A stretch of 63,282 nucleotides of DNA, the filler included, from Octopus bimaculoides (lineage: Eukaryota), in NCBI RefSeq assembly GCF_001194135.2. It is 4 parts of 4 records of this genome, joined end to end, with 100 filler letters (N's around TTAATTAATTAA, not from the genome) between each part and the next. Parts side by side here need not be neighbours in the genome. Positions count along the whole stretch, not along the records: positions 48,835 to 57,079 come from NC_068981.1; positions 57,180 to 63,282 come from NC_069004.1; 2 more parts are not named here. One strand, written 5' to 3'. Position 1 is the first letter of the stretch. The number at the start of each line of letters is the position of its first letter. Under the pieces are notes generated by a model. The model was not told where the DNA came from, did not search any database, and was given only the letters and a program-made list of their open reading frames with translations. Made by a program: the position numbers and the translations under genes. This document shows, in pieces, positions 54,696 through 63,282 of the stretch.

Positions 54696-54759
54696 CTACT
54701 TTCTTCAGTTTTTGGAAAGAATGCGTCCACTAGTGTTGTGATCAATGAACTTTCAAAAC
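54696..54759 (-). CDS. Candidate internal exon (GFESSLITTLVDAFFPKTEES)
   Basis: TTTTCCATTTAACAG| acceptor, single open frame, TAG|GTAAGT donor. No homology confirmed. Confidence 0.2.
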
Positions 54760-55053
54760 CTGTTAAATGGAAAACTGGCCATGCCGTGACTGGTCATGTA
54801 CAGGCAAGAAATGAGGCTGCAAACTTGCACACTTTCTTTGACTGTGGTTCTTCTGATTGTAGTGGGGATTAGTCGCGACCGTTATATAAGGTGGGATGAA
54901 TGAACTTTTATAAATATTGAGTAGAGAGGCAAATACACATGTCAGCTCCTTTTGTTGAGACCAGAAGACCGGGGACAGTAGGTTGTCAAATCTTTTATTG
55001 GCAGAAAGTGTTTATTAGTGTCGTTTTAATTTTGGTTATGTCAATATTTACTA

Positions 55054-55465
55054 TTTACTCTTTTACTTTTCTACTTGTTTCAGTCATTTGACTGTGGCCA
55101 TGCTGGAGCACCACCTTTGGTCCAGCAAATCAACCCCAGGACTTATTTTTTGTAAGCCTAGTACTTATTATATCGGTCTCTCGTGCCGAACCGCTAAGTT
55201 ACGGGGACGTAAGCACACCAGCATCTGTTGTCAAGCGATGTCGGGTGGGGGGGGGCATACACAGACACATAAATATATACACACACATACATACATATAT
55301 ATACATATATACGACGGGCTTCTTTCAGTTTCCATCTACCAAATCTACTCATAAGGCTTTCGTCGGCCCGAGGCTATAGTAGAAGACACTTGCCCAAGGT
55401 GCCACACAGTGGGACTTAACCCGGAACCATGAAGTTCATAAGTAAGCTACTTACCACATAACCAC
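55054..55465 (-). mobile_element. tRNA-derived SINE (same family as 6075 and 57691)
   Basis: Collinear with 6075-6585 over its whole length. Confidence 0.85.
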
Positions 55466-56022
55466 TAGTGAGAGCAGTAAAATCTCCCTACTATGAAGTT
55501 ATTAGAGAAATATTGACAAGTTTTGGTTTATCACTCGAGCGTACGATTCTGAGTAACAAGAAGTGGGGAATAGATAAATTAACAGAGATCATCTTCGTTT
55601 AATATAGCGTGAAGTGAATGTTAAATGTGATGCATTGTCTGTTTCATAAACTAATCTCCACCTAAAGACAAGAAAAATGTTGCTATTCGTCTGCATGCGC
55701 ATTTAAAGCACTTCTCACGCAGAAGCAGCATCACAGAGTGTGTTATGTTTCGACCTGTTGACATTTTGAATGACACATACAACTCATCCTACGGTTTACG
55801 CACAATCTCTGTCCACCCAATTTCACTCACTGCATTTCACTTAACATATCGCTATGGTAAATATACTTTCCTAAGAGGTCATGAAGCAGGGTTGAACAAA
55901 CCAACGAATGATTGTGAGGCAAGTATGTTAACCATGAAGCACACTTCAAATGTGTGGGTGTGTGTTTGTGTTTGTGCGTGCGTGTGTGTGTGTGTGTGCG
56001 TATGTGCGTGTGTGCGTGTGTA

Positions 56023-56076
<54 letters not shown>

Positions 56077-56096
56077 AATAAAANNNNNNNNNNNNN

Positions 56097-56153
<57 letters not shown>

Positions 56154-56226
56154 AATAAAAACCTTATATATTACAAAGCCATAAACGGCATGGGGCAGCG
56201 CATAGGCTTTAGTCGGATCTGTTTTC

Positions 56227-56900
56227 TATTGTCCAATGGGCCGAAAAAATATGTGTTCTGTAATAAAGCTTACTATACAATACTCAGCAGAGACATACTG
56301 ACGGCTTATAAGCCAAGTTCAGTTCAATTTGATCTGCTTTGGAAAAGAGGATATTCTGAAATTACCATATGTTATGCCCTCGGGCGACTCCCTATTGTCA
56401 TCCAATAACACCAGAGACGTTGGGATAATTCTTGATAACAGTCAAAGCTGATGTTCCCACGTAAGCAGCATGGTTGACTTGGCCTGCAAGATGTGCTCCT
56501 GGATTCTGAGAACATTCCGGTCTATAGATTCCTACCCCAACATCCTTCTCTACTCTACTTTTTCACGACCCCCTCCTTGAATACTGTTACCCACTGTGGT
56601 CTCCCCATACAGAGCATTTCATTATGAAATTCTTATCACTCCAGAGGTCAATAACAAGAAAGATAGACGGCATGAGAGGCATTGACTTTTGGGTTAGATA
56701 AGGAAGTCAATGTCTAATGTTTCCAACGCCGCCGGGAGTGCTACGTCATGTGTGTGATGTGGAAAATATCCCATCAAAATTGCACAAAAGATGTTGGGTG
56801 GCATCAATTTTAAAAACAATCCAAACTGGCCCGCCTGCAATCAGCAAACTACAAAAATTGAACTCAGTACATACAGCAACATTACTTTACGATTACTTTA
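56227..56900 (+). mobile_element. CR1/L2-like LINE RT C-terminal fragment
   Basis: RDVGIILDN..HVSSMVDLACKMCSWILRTFRS..LLYSTFSRPLLEYCYPLWSPH..LQRSITRKIDGM..FQRRRECY. Confidence 0.8.
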
Positions 56901-57205
56901 CCTGAACCGATTCAGGTTTCTTTTATACCATGCCAAAATACGTCAAAACGGTAACGGATTCCATAAAATTCAAATGTTCAATGGAAAATTCCTTCAAAAC
57001 ATACCGGAGCAACGTCCTACACAACTCTTTGCTTGAGTGGCCCATCGTGCCACATATATGACAAAAAGACTATATATATNNNNNNNNNNNNNNNNNNNNN
57101 NNNNNNNNNNNNNNNNNNNNNNNTTAATTAATTAANNNNNNNNNNNNNNNNNNNNNNNNNNNNNNNNNNNNNNNNNNNNAGTTTTTTTCTGCACATTTTC
57201 AGTGT

Positions 57206-57647
57206 TTATTGTTCCTGAGCATCTGCCACATACAAAACTATCTTCCCAGTTAGCCTTCCTTTGATATTGCTGCACCTCTTATGTGTCCATAGCTTACACT
57301 GAGTACATCTTATAGAGTTTCTGCCTACGCCTTTTCTACAGATCGAGCAGGGCCATCTACCTGAAGGGGTTTGTGTTTTGTCTACCTTCCTACTTATTAA
57401 GACTTTGGTTTTAGCTAGGTTGACTCTAAGGCCCTTCGATTCTAATCCTTGCTTCCACACCTGAAACTTCTCCTCTAGTTCTGATAGTGACTCAGCAATT
57501 AGGGTAAGGTCATCAGCATAGAGGAGCTCCCAGGGGCATCCCATCTTCAATTCCTGTGTTATTGCCTGGAGGACTATGATAAATAGGAGGGGGCTGAGGA
57601 CTGAACCATGGTGGACCCCTACCTCTACCCGGAGTTCTTCACTGTAA
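57206..57647 (-). pseudogene. RTE-clade LINE RT fragment with a PHD-like zinc finger
   Basis: VGVHHGSVLSPLLFIIVL..WELLYADDL..GLRVNLAKTKVL, then PCSICRKGVGRNSIRCTQCKLWTHKRC. Confidence 0.9.
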
Positions 57648-57690
57648 TATATATATAGATATATAATTTATATATATATATATAATTTAT

Positions 57691-58074
57691 GCGTAGGAGT
57701 GGCTGTGTAAGTAGCTTGCTTACCAACCACATGGTTCCGGGTTCAGTCCCACTGCGTGGCACCTTGGGCAAGTGTCTTCTACCATAGCCTCGGGCCAACC
57801 AAAGCCTTGTGAGTGGATTTGGTAGATGGAAACTGAAAGAAGCCCGTCATATATATGTATATATATACGTATGTTTGTGTGTCTGTGTTTGTCCCCGCAA
57901 CATCGCTTGACAACTGATGCTGGTGTGTTTACGTCCCCGTAACTTAGCGGTTTGGCCAAAGACACCGATAGAATAAGTACTAGGCTTACAAAGAATAAGT
58001 CCTGGGGTCGATTAGCTCAACTAAAGACGGTGCTCCTGCATGGCCACAGTCAAATGACTGAAACAAGTAAAAGA
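57691..58074 (+). mobile_element. Full-length tRNA-derived SINE (OK/OR-type, CORE-like box)
   Basis: GCGTAGGAGTGGCTGTG head, GGTTCAGTCCC B-box-like site, CCTTGGGCAAGTGTCTT core and a GACTGAAACAAGTAAAAGA tail. Part of it recurs identically at 58168-58285 after a gap. Confidence 0.9.
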
Positions 58075-58778
58075 NNNNNNNNNNNNNNNNNNNNNNNNNN
58101 NNNNNNNNNNNNNNNNNNNNNNNNNNNNNNNNNNNNNNNNNNNNNNNNNNNNNNNNNNNNNNNNNNACCTTGGGCAAGTGTCTTCTACCATAGCCTCGGG
58201 CCAACCAAAGCCTTGTGAGTGGATTTGGTAGATGGAAACTGAAAGAAGCCCGTCATATATATGTATATATATACGTATGTTTGTGTGTCTGTGTGAATCC
58301 CTAAAACTCCAGGACTACACAACCAATTTCATTCAAATTTTACACATGCCTTACTTAGGATCCCGGTTGTGTTTTAGTCAAAACAAATTCTTGCATAGTT
58401 CGAGCCCACAGCAGCATAATATCTCCTCCACTATTTAAGTATCACGTGTCAAAAGTGAAACAAAAACACTCATGTCAAATACTTTCACTTTAAAAATGAA
58501 ACTTTTCCACTATTTCAGTATCAAAACTGAAACACAAGGACAGACAAAGCACAAAAGTAGAGAAAAATAAAATCGAATGAAAAGAATGGTAATGATAAAT
58601 GAAAAGGTAGAATAACGTCTACTCAAACCCCAAACTCCAGTTAACGTCATTGAACGTTTTTAGAAAAAAATTTTAACACGTGTTATTTTATTTTTGTCTC
58701 TTTCTATTTCCTGTGTGTTGCTTGTGTTATATACTTAGTCAACAACAGACATGCGTGAAATGCTCTCTGGCCAGTGTC

Positions 58779-60428
58779 GATTTTTGAAATATCGTTCAGA
58801 AAGGATTGTTTTATTTGTTGCGTGCTGCATTGCAGCAGTGTAGTCGTACGTTCTCTCCTTGAGAGTTTGTATGGCTAAAAGTAGAAGGAATTCCTTTTAC
58901 TCAGACTTTAGCGGGTCTGAGTTGTCAACATCTGAGGAGGAGTTGTTGAAGGCTGTTGACGCTATGGATATAGAACTAGATAAAAGGAAGTTCGCGGATG
59001 TTGTCCGAGAAGAGGAGGACAATGTGGAAATTGATACAGAGAAATACAAGACATTGAGGCGAGACGGTTACAATCTTAACGTGACCCCTCCGCTCAAAGT
59101 CACAAAAAGGATGAAAAGTAGAACAATAATGTATAAAACGTACTCAATTAAGAAAAGGAAAATAGACCACATGATGACGGCGCAGGTGGAGAAGGTGCTG
59201 AGGCCAGTCTGGCAAGAAATATCATATCTTGCCAGAGAGCCGAAATTTGGTGAAATAGAAGTTAGATTTACAAACGAATACATGGCAAAGAAGCATGCGG
59301 CAACATCATTGAAGGATGAAGAGCTTGTACTTCTACCCACGTACCTGGGACGTAGAGTATCTCGGGTATGGGTAGAAGGAATTCCTCTGGAAATTGACGG
59401 AGCCTGGATAGCGGCTGCTGTTTTGGCCGAGACTGACGGCAAAATAGTGATGCTCCAGGCAACTAAGTCAAAAAGTTCAAACTGGAAAGGCCAGGTCCTA
59501 AATATGATAGTGCAGGGTTCAAGTGAGGCGTTAGAAGAGATGGTGGAAACAATAAGTCTGGATGAAGTTGTAATGAATGTAAGAGTGGAGGGCAGGATAC
59601 CGCGTTGTTTCAAATATGGTCAGAAGGGCCACATAAGAGCGAAATGCCCTCCACCAGATAAAAGAGAGGAAGAAATGCAACCTCCACCAGACAAAAGAGT
59701 GGAGGAAGTACAAGAAGAAAGCAGTAAGGAGAAAACGCAGGAGAGGCTTCGGGAAGAACAAGAGGAGGAGGAACTGGTTTCAGAAAAAGAGGAAAAATGG
59801 GAAAAGAGAAGGAAGAGAAAAAAGGCAAGTCCAATACACTCAGAACTTCACACATCAACTACCCAAGGCCCGCCTGTACCCTCTATGTCCCACCCTCGCT
59901 CTGCAGACACCAAACCTACCCATTCCCCTCCATCACAAAGACAAAAGAAGAGAGTACATACAGACAATGTTTCAATCCCCCCACCCCAATAGATGTTTTG
60001 CGTGTATAATTAATGACAAAGAACTGTTTGAAGAGGCTTTCGAATGGGATAATACGGTGCATGTTAGTACAGTAGATATGAAGTATGTGCTGCTACTATT
60101 ATTGGCACAGCAAAGGCCGTACATAGAGAGACATAATGATTATGAAATGTGGGAAGTTAACAACGATAGGGAGAAACTACCACAGTTCATTTGGTCTGAT
60201 GAACTGACAGAGAGATGTGGGTTGGACATAATGGAGTATAGGGGAAAGGAAGCAAGTGGTGTTGCCTGATGGGGCGGGTAACACCATTTCTATCTTTACA
60301 TTTATTCATCTTTCATTATATCATACGTTTTATTTATTTTGTATTTTATTTTAATTGTACATTTTATGTGTCCCCAATGTAATTGTATGTCCCCTCTTTG
60401 TTGGCCCCTTGTGGGTAATAAAAAAATA
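58779..60428 (+). mobile_element. ORF1-only non-LTR retroposon (HAL1-like, L1/Tx1-type ORF1), 1650 bp
   Basis: Flanked by a 22-bp duplication with 2 mismatches (58757-78 and 60429-50). It contains ORF1, a T-rich 3' UTR and an AATAAA/A-rich end, with no EN or RT sequence. Confidence 0.8.
58871..59992 (+). CDS. Gag/ORF1-like nucleic-acid-binding protein (373 aa) with an RRM-like segment and a degenerate CCHC knuckle
   Basis: Uninterrupted ORF from ATG 58871; RVWVEGIPLEI (RRM-like), RCFKYGQKGHIRAKC (C-x2-Y-x4-H-x4-C), acidic/basic tail. Probably continues by frameshift into 59967-60269. Confidence 0.75.
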   Translation: MAKSRRNSFYSDFSGSELSTSEEELLKAVDAMDIELDKRKFADVVREEEDNVEIDTEKYKTLRRDGYNLNVTPPLKVTKRMKSRTIMYKTYSIKKRKIDHMMTAQVEKVLRPVWQEISYLAREPKFGEIEVRFTNEYMAKKHAATSLKDEELVLLPTYLGRRVSRVWVEGIPLEIDGAWIAAAVLAETDGKIVMLQATKSKSSNWKGQVLNMIVQGSSEALEEMVETISLDEVVMNVRVEGRIPRCFKYGQKGHIRAKCPPPDKREEEMQPPPDKRVEEVQEESSKEKTQERLREEQEEEELVSEKEEKWEKRRKRKKASPIHSELHTSTTQGPPVPSMSHPRSADTKPTHSPPSQRQKKRVHTDNVSIPPPQ

Positions 60429-61936
60429 GAAGTGCTGTCTGGCCAGTGTCAATACGAAATTTTATTTTCATTTCCATTAAAACAATACACATTTACTGTT
60501 CTAGTACGAGTTAATAATTATCGCAGCAGTTACNNNNNNNNNNNNNNNNNNNNNNNNNNNNNNNNNNNNNNNNNNNNNNNNNNNNNNNNNNNNNNNNNNN
60601 NNNNNNNNNNNNNNNNNNNNNNNNNNNNNNNNNNNNNNNNNNNNNNNNNNNNNNNNNNNNNNNNNNNNNNNNNNNNNNNNNNNNNNNNNNNNNNNNNNNN
60701 NNNNNNNNNNNNNNNNNNNNNNNNNNNNNNNNNNNNNNNNNNNNNNNNNNNNNNNNNNNNNNNNNNNNNNNNNNNNNNNNNNNNNNNNNNNNNNNNNNNN
60801 NNNNNNNNNNNNNNNNNNNNNNNNNNNNNNNNNNNNNNNNNNNNNNNNNNNNNNNNNNNNNNNNNNNNNNNNNNNNNNNNNNNNNNNNNNNNNNNNNNNN
60901 NNNNNNNNNNNNNNNNNNNNNNNNNNNNNNNNNNNNNNNNNNNNNNNNNNNNNNNNNNNNNNNNNNNNNNNNNNNNNNNNNNNNNNNNNNNNNNNNNNNN
61001 NNNNNNNNNNNNNNNNNNNNNNNNNNNNNNNNNNNNNNNNNNNNNNNNNNNNNNNNNNNNNNNNNNNNNNNNNNNNNNNNNNNNNNNNNNNNNNNNNNNN
61101 NNNNNNNNNNNNNNNNNNNNNNNNNNNNNNNNNNNNNNNNNNNNNNNNNNNNNNNNNNNNNNNNNNNNNNNNNNNNNNNNNNNNNNNNNNNNNNNNNNNN
61201 NNNNNNNNNNNNNNNNAAGGCATGCTGCAATACTTAATGCTGAGTCATTAGAACAACGTTTACCACGCTATATTAAACAGATGTCCAATACAATATAGCT
61301 CTCAGAAATAGACCACAGGCAAATTCGTTCTTCACAACACTAGGAGCTGCTTTCAGATATGATCCATCCCAGCCTTATAAAAACGATAATTCTGTACAAA
61401 TTGGTGTGCTACACTCAAATTGTCGTTTCTGCAAAGCTTTCAAATTTCCAAATGAAACTAGTGGCATGTGCTGCTCAGGCGGTAAGGTAAGATTGCCAGC
61501 ACTACCAGGTCCTCCTCAACCTCTTTCGACAGTTCACTTCCCCGTTACCGTCTCCCATTACAGCCCATTTCCAGAATGTACCCATTTACGTACAATATCT
61601 CCATTCATTTGACTGTTAACCATATGATGCGTCATATTACACGCAGCGCTGACCGCCTCAAAGGCGAGTATATCCACTGACAGCTTTTTGGTGGGTTCAA
61701 AAATTACACACCCCCACCCCAGTTTTCCACGCTAGGTTAGGGCATAGAATCCTCCAAATGGATGTATTTCATGTCGATTAGTTGAATTAGACCATCATTT
61801 ACTCTACAAATGTTTTGTTGTCAATGCTGCACTTTCCCCATATCACCTGTTTCAACATAACTGTAATATATATAAACAAACTATATCATTTTAATCCTGA
61901 GCAATGCTGGGTATCTCTGCTAGTTTATATATATAT

Positions 61937-63282
61937 AGGTCTGGTGAGATTGTTGAGATGATTGAACGGAGATGTGTCGATATCTGCTGCCTCCAGGAAG
62001 TTAGGTGGAGAGGAGGTTCCACTAGGTNNNNNNNNNNNNNNNNNNNNNNNNNNNNNNNNNNNNNNNNNNNNNNNNNNNNNNNNNNNNNNNNNNNNNNNNN
62101 NNNNNNNNNNNNNNNNNNNNNNNNNNNNNNNNNNNNNNNNNNNNNNNNNNNNNNNNNNNNNNNNNNNNNNNNNNNNNNNNNNNNNNNNNNNNNNNNAGGG
62201 AACACAGACAGGGTCGGAGGCGTGGGCATGCTCCTTGCAGAGAAATGGGTGGATAAGGTAATCGAGGTAATTACGGTATCCGATAGAATACTTAAGATTA
62301 GATTAGTCCTTCACCATGGGTTAGCAACCATTATCTCGCCCTATGTTCCTCAGCCTGGGCTACCTGACGGACAGAAAGACCAGTTTTATGACACCCTCCT
62401 GCAGACTACCTCGTTGACGAATGACAGGGACCTTCTCTTTGTGGCTGGTGACTTCAATGGTCATGTTGGACAACATTCAGGGGGCTTCTATGGTGTACAT
62501 GGAGGCTATGGTTTTGGTTCCCGCAACGAGGAGGGAACCAGACTGCTGGAGTTCTGTGATGCCAATGACCTTATGGTCTGCAATACTAACTTCAGGAAAC
62601 CTGCGAGTCACCTAGTCACCTACTGTTCTGGCAGACATACTAGGCAAATTGACTACATCCTCGCCAGGAAAAGGGAATGATGGCTGCTTATAAATGCCAA
62701 AATCTTCCCAAGAGAAGAATGTACCCCACAACATAGATTAGTAGTTAGTGATTTCAGGATCAGGGCTAAGTGGTTGCCTAGAAGACGACCAACTTGGAGA
62801 AGAGTCTGGAAGCTCAAAGATCTTGCGAATGGACAGAGACTTAGAGACTTATTACTCGAAGCCTTTGATGAAATAGAGGGGGATATAGCTTCACACAATG
62901 TAGAAGACAACTGGATGTTTCTACGGGACAACCTGCTGAGGGCCACCGACCAGATCTGTGGATGATGCAAGGTCCCTTCTCGACTGAAAATAACGTGGTA
63001 GTGGAACAATGTTGTTGACAGGGCTATTAGACAAAAGAAACAGGCTTGGAAAGACTGGAAGAATGGTGGTAGCAGGGAATTGTACCAGACTGCCAGAAGG
63101 GAAGCTAGGCGACAGGTTTATTTAGCCAGAGGGGAAGCAGATAAGAAAAAGTTTGCCAATGTTCTGCGCCGTAAGGATCAAAGACTTGAGGTATTTCGTG
63201 TTGCAAGACAGTGTGTGAGAGAGAATCGTGATGTCGTGGGAGAGAAATGTGTTTGTATGGATGATGGTACGCTTGCACTAAA
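61937..63282 (+). pseudogene. RTE-clade LINE: APE endonuclease and linker, with stops; continues beyond the window
   Basis: RRCVDICCLQEVRWRG..GGVGMLL..VSDRIL..GDFNGHVG..RNEEGTRLLEFC..LMVCNTNF..QIDYIL..QHRLVVSDF..W*WNNVV. Confidence 0.93.

Larger units (their letters stand above)
58291..61530 (+). mobile_element. Helitron fragment (5' region and Rep N-terminal Zn motif), interrupted by a retroposon and a gap
   Basis: 61346-61525 encodes AAFRYDP..VQIG..NCRFCKAFKFPNETSGMCCSGGKVRLPALPGPPQPL, the C..C.A.KF..E...CC..GKV.LP motif of Helitron RepHel proteins. The 5' part is homologous to 30222-30750. Continuity across the 60534-61216 gap is assumed. Confidence 0.7.

Noticed and set aside
54696-54759. 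Resemblance of GFESSLITTLVDAFFPK to SLC6 transporter TM8
   Set aside because: Needs a one-residue insertion within a helix and has no supporting exons, so no gene name was assigned.
1-63282. CRISPR arrays, operons or prokaryotic systems
   Set aside because: No repeat-spacer arrays or dense ORFs; the sequence is eukaryotic repeat-rich DNA.

Overview
AT-rich, microsatellite-dense eukaryotic DNA with many N-gaps. The SINE families and the mollusc-type 5S sequence point to an octopus genome (inference). No complete cellular gene is supported; there are only three low-confidence candidate exons. The window is mostly nested, decayed mobile elements: a Ty3/gypsy integrase with PPT and 3' LTR, three distinct Penelope-like (PLE) lineages, RTE and CR1-like LINE fragments, a Helitron fragment, mariner remnants and at least eight tRNA-derived SINE copies. 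Best leads: (1) a 1.65-kb TSD-flanked retroposon that encodes only a Gag/ORF1-like protein and sits inside a Helitron (58779-60428); (2) a 900-bp foldback MITE with 29-bp perfect TIRs, an 8-bp TSD and a central inverted TTAGGG/CCCTAA array (23132-24031); (3) a stand-alone type I hammerhead ribozyme with an intact core (20218-20270); (4) a PLE terminal repeat carrying a tRNA-type Pol III promoter, (AAT)n and a hammerhead (27515-27705, inverted copy 25675-25900); (5) a 5S rRNA copy with no terminator and a unique tail, a possible SINE3 (12959-13150). Most ORFs in the supplied track are microsatellite or N-gap artefacts. All family assignments are by eye from motifs; no searches were run.
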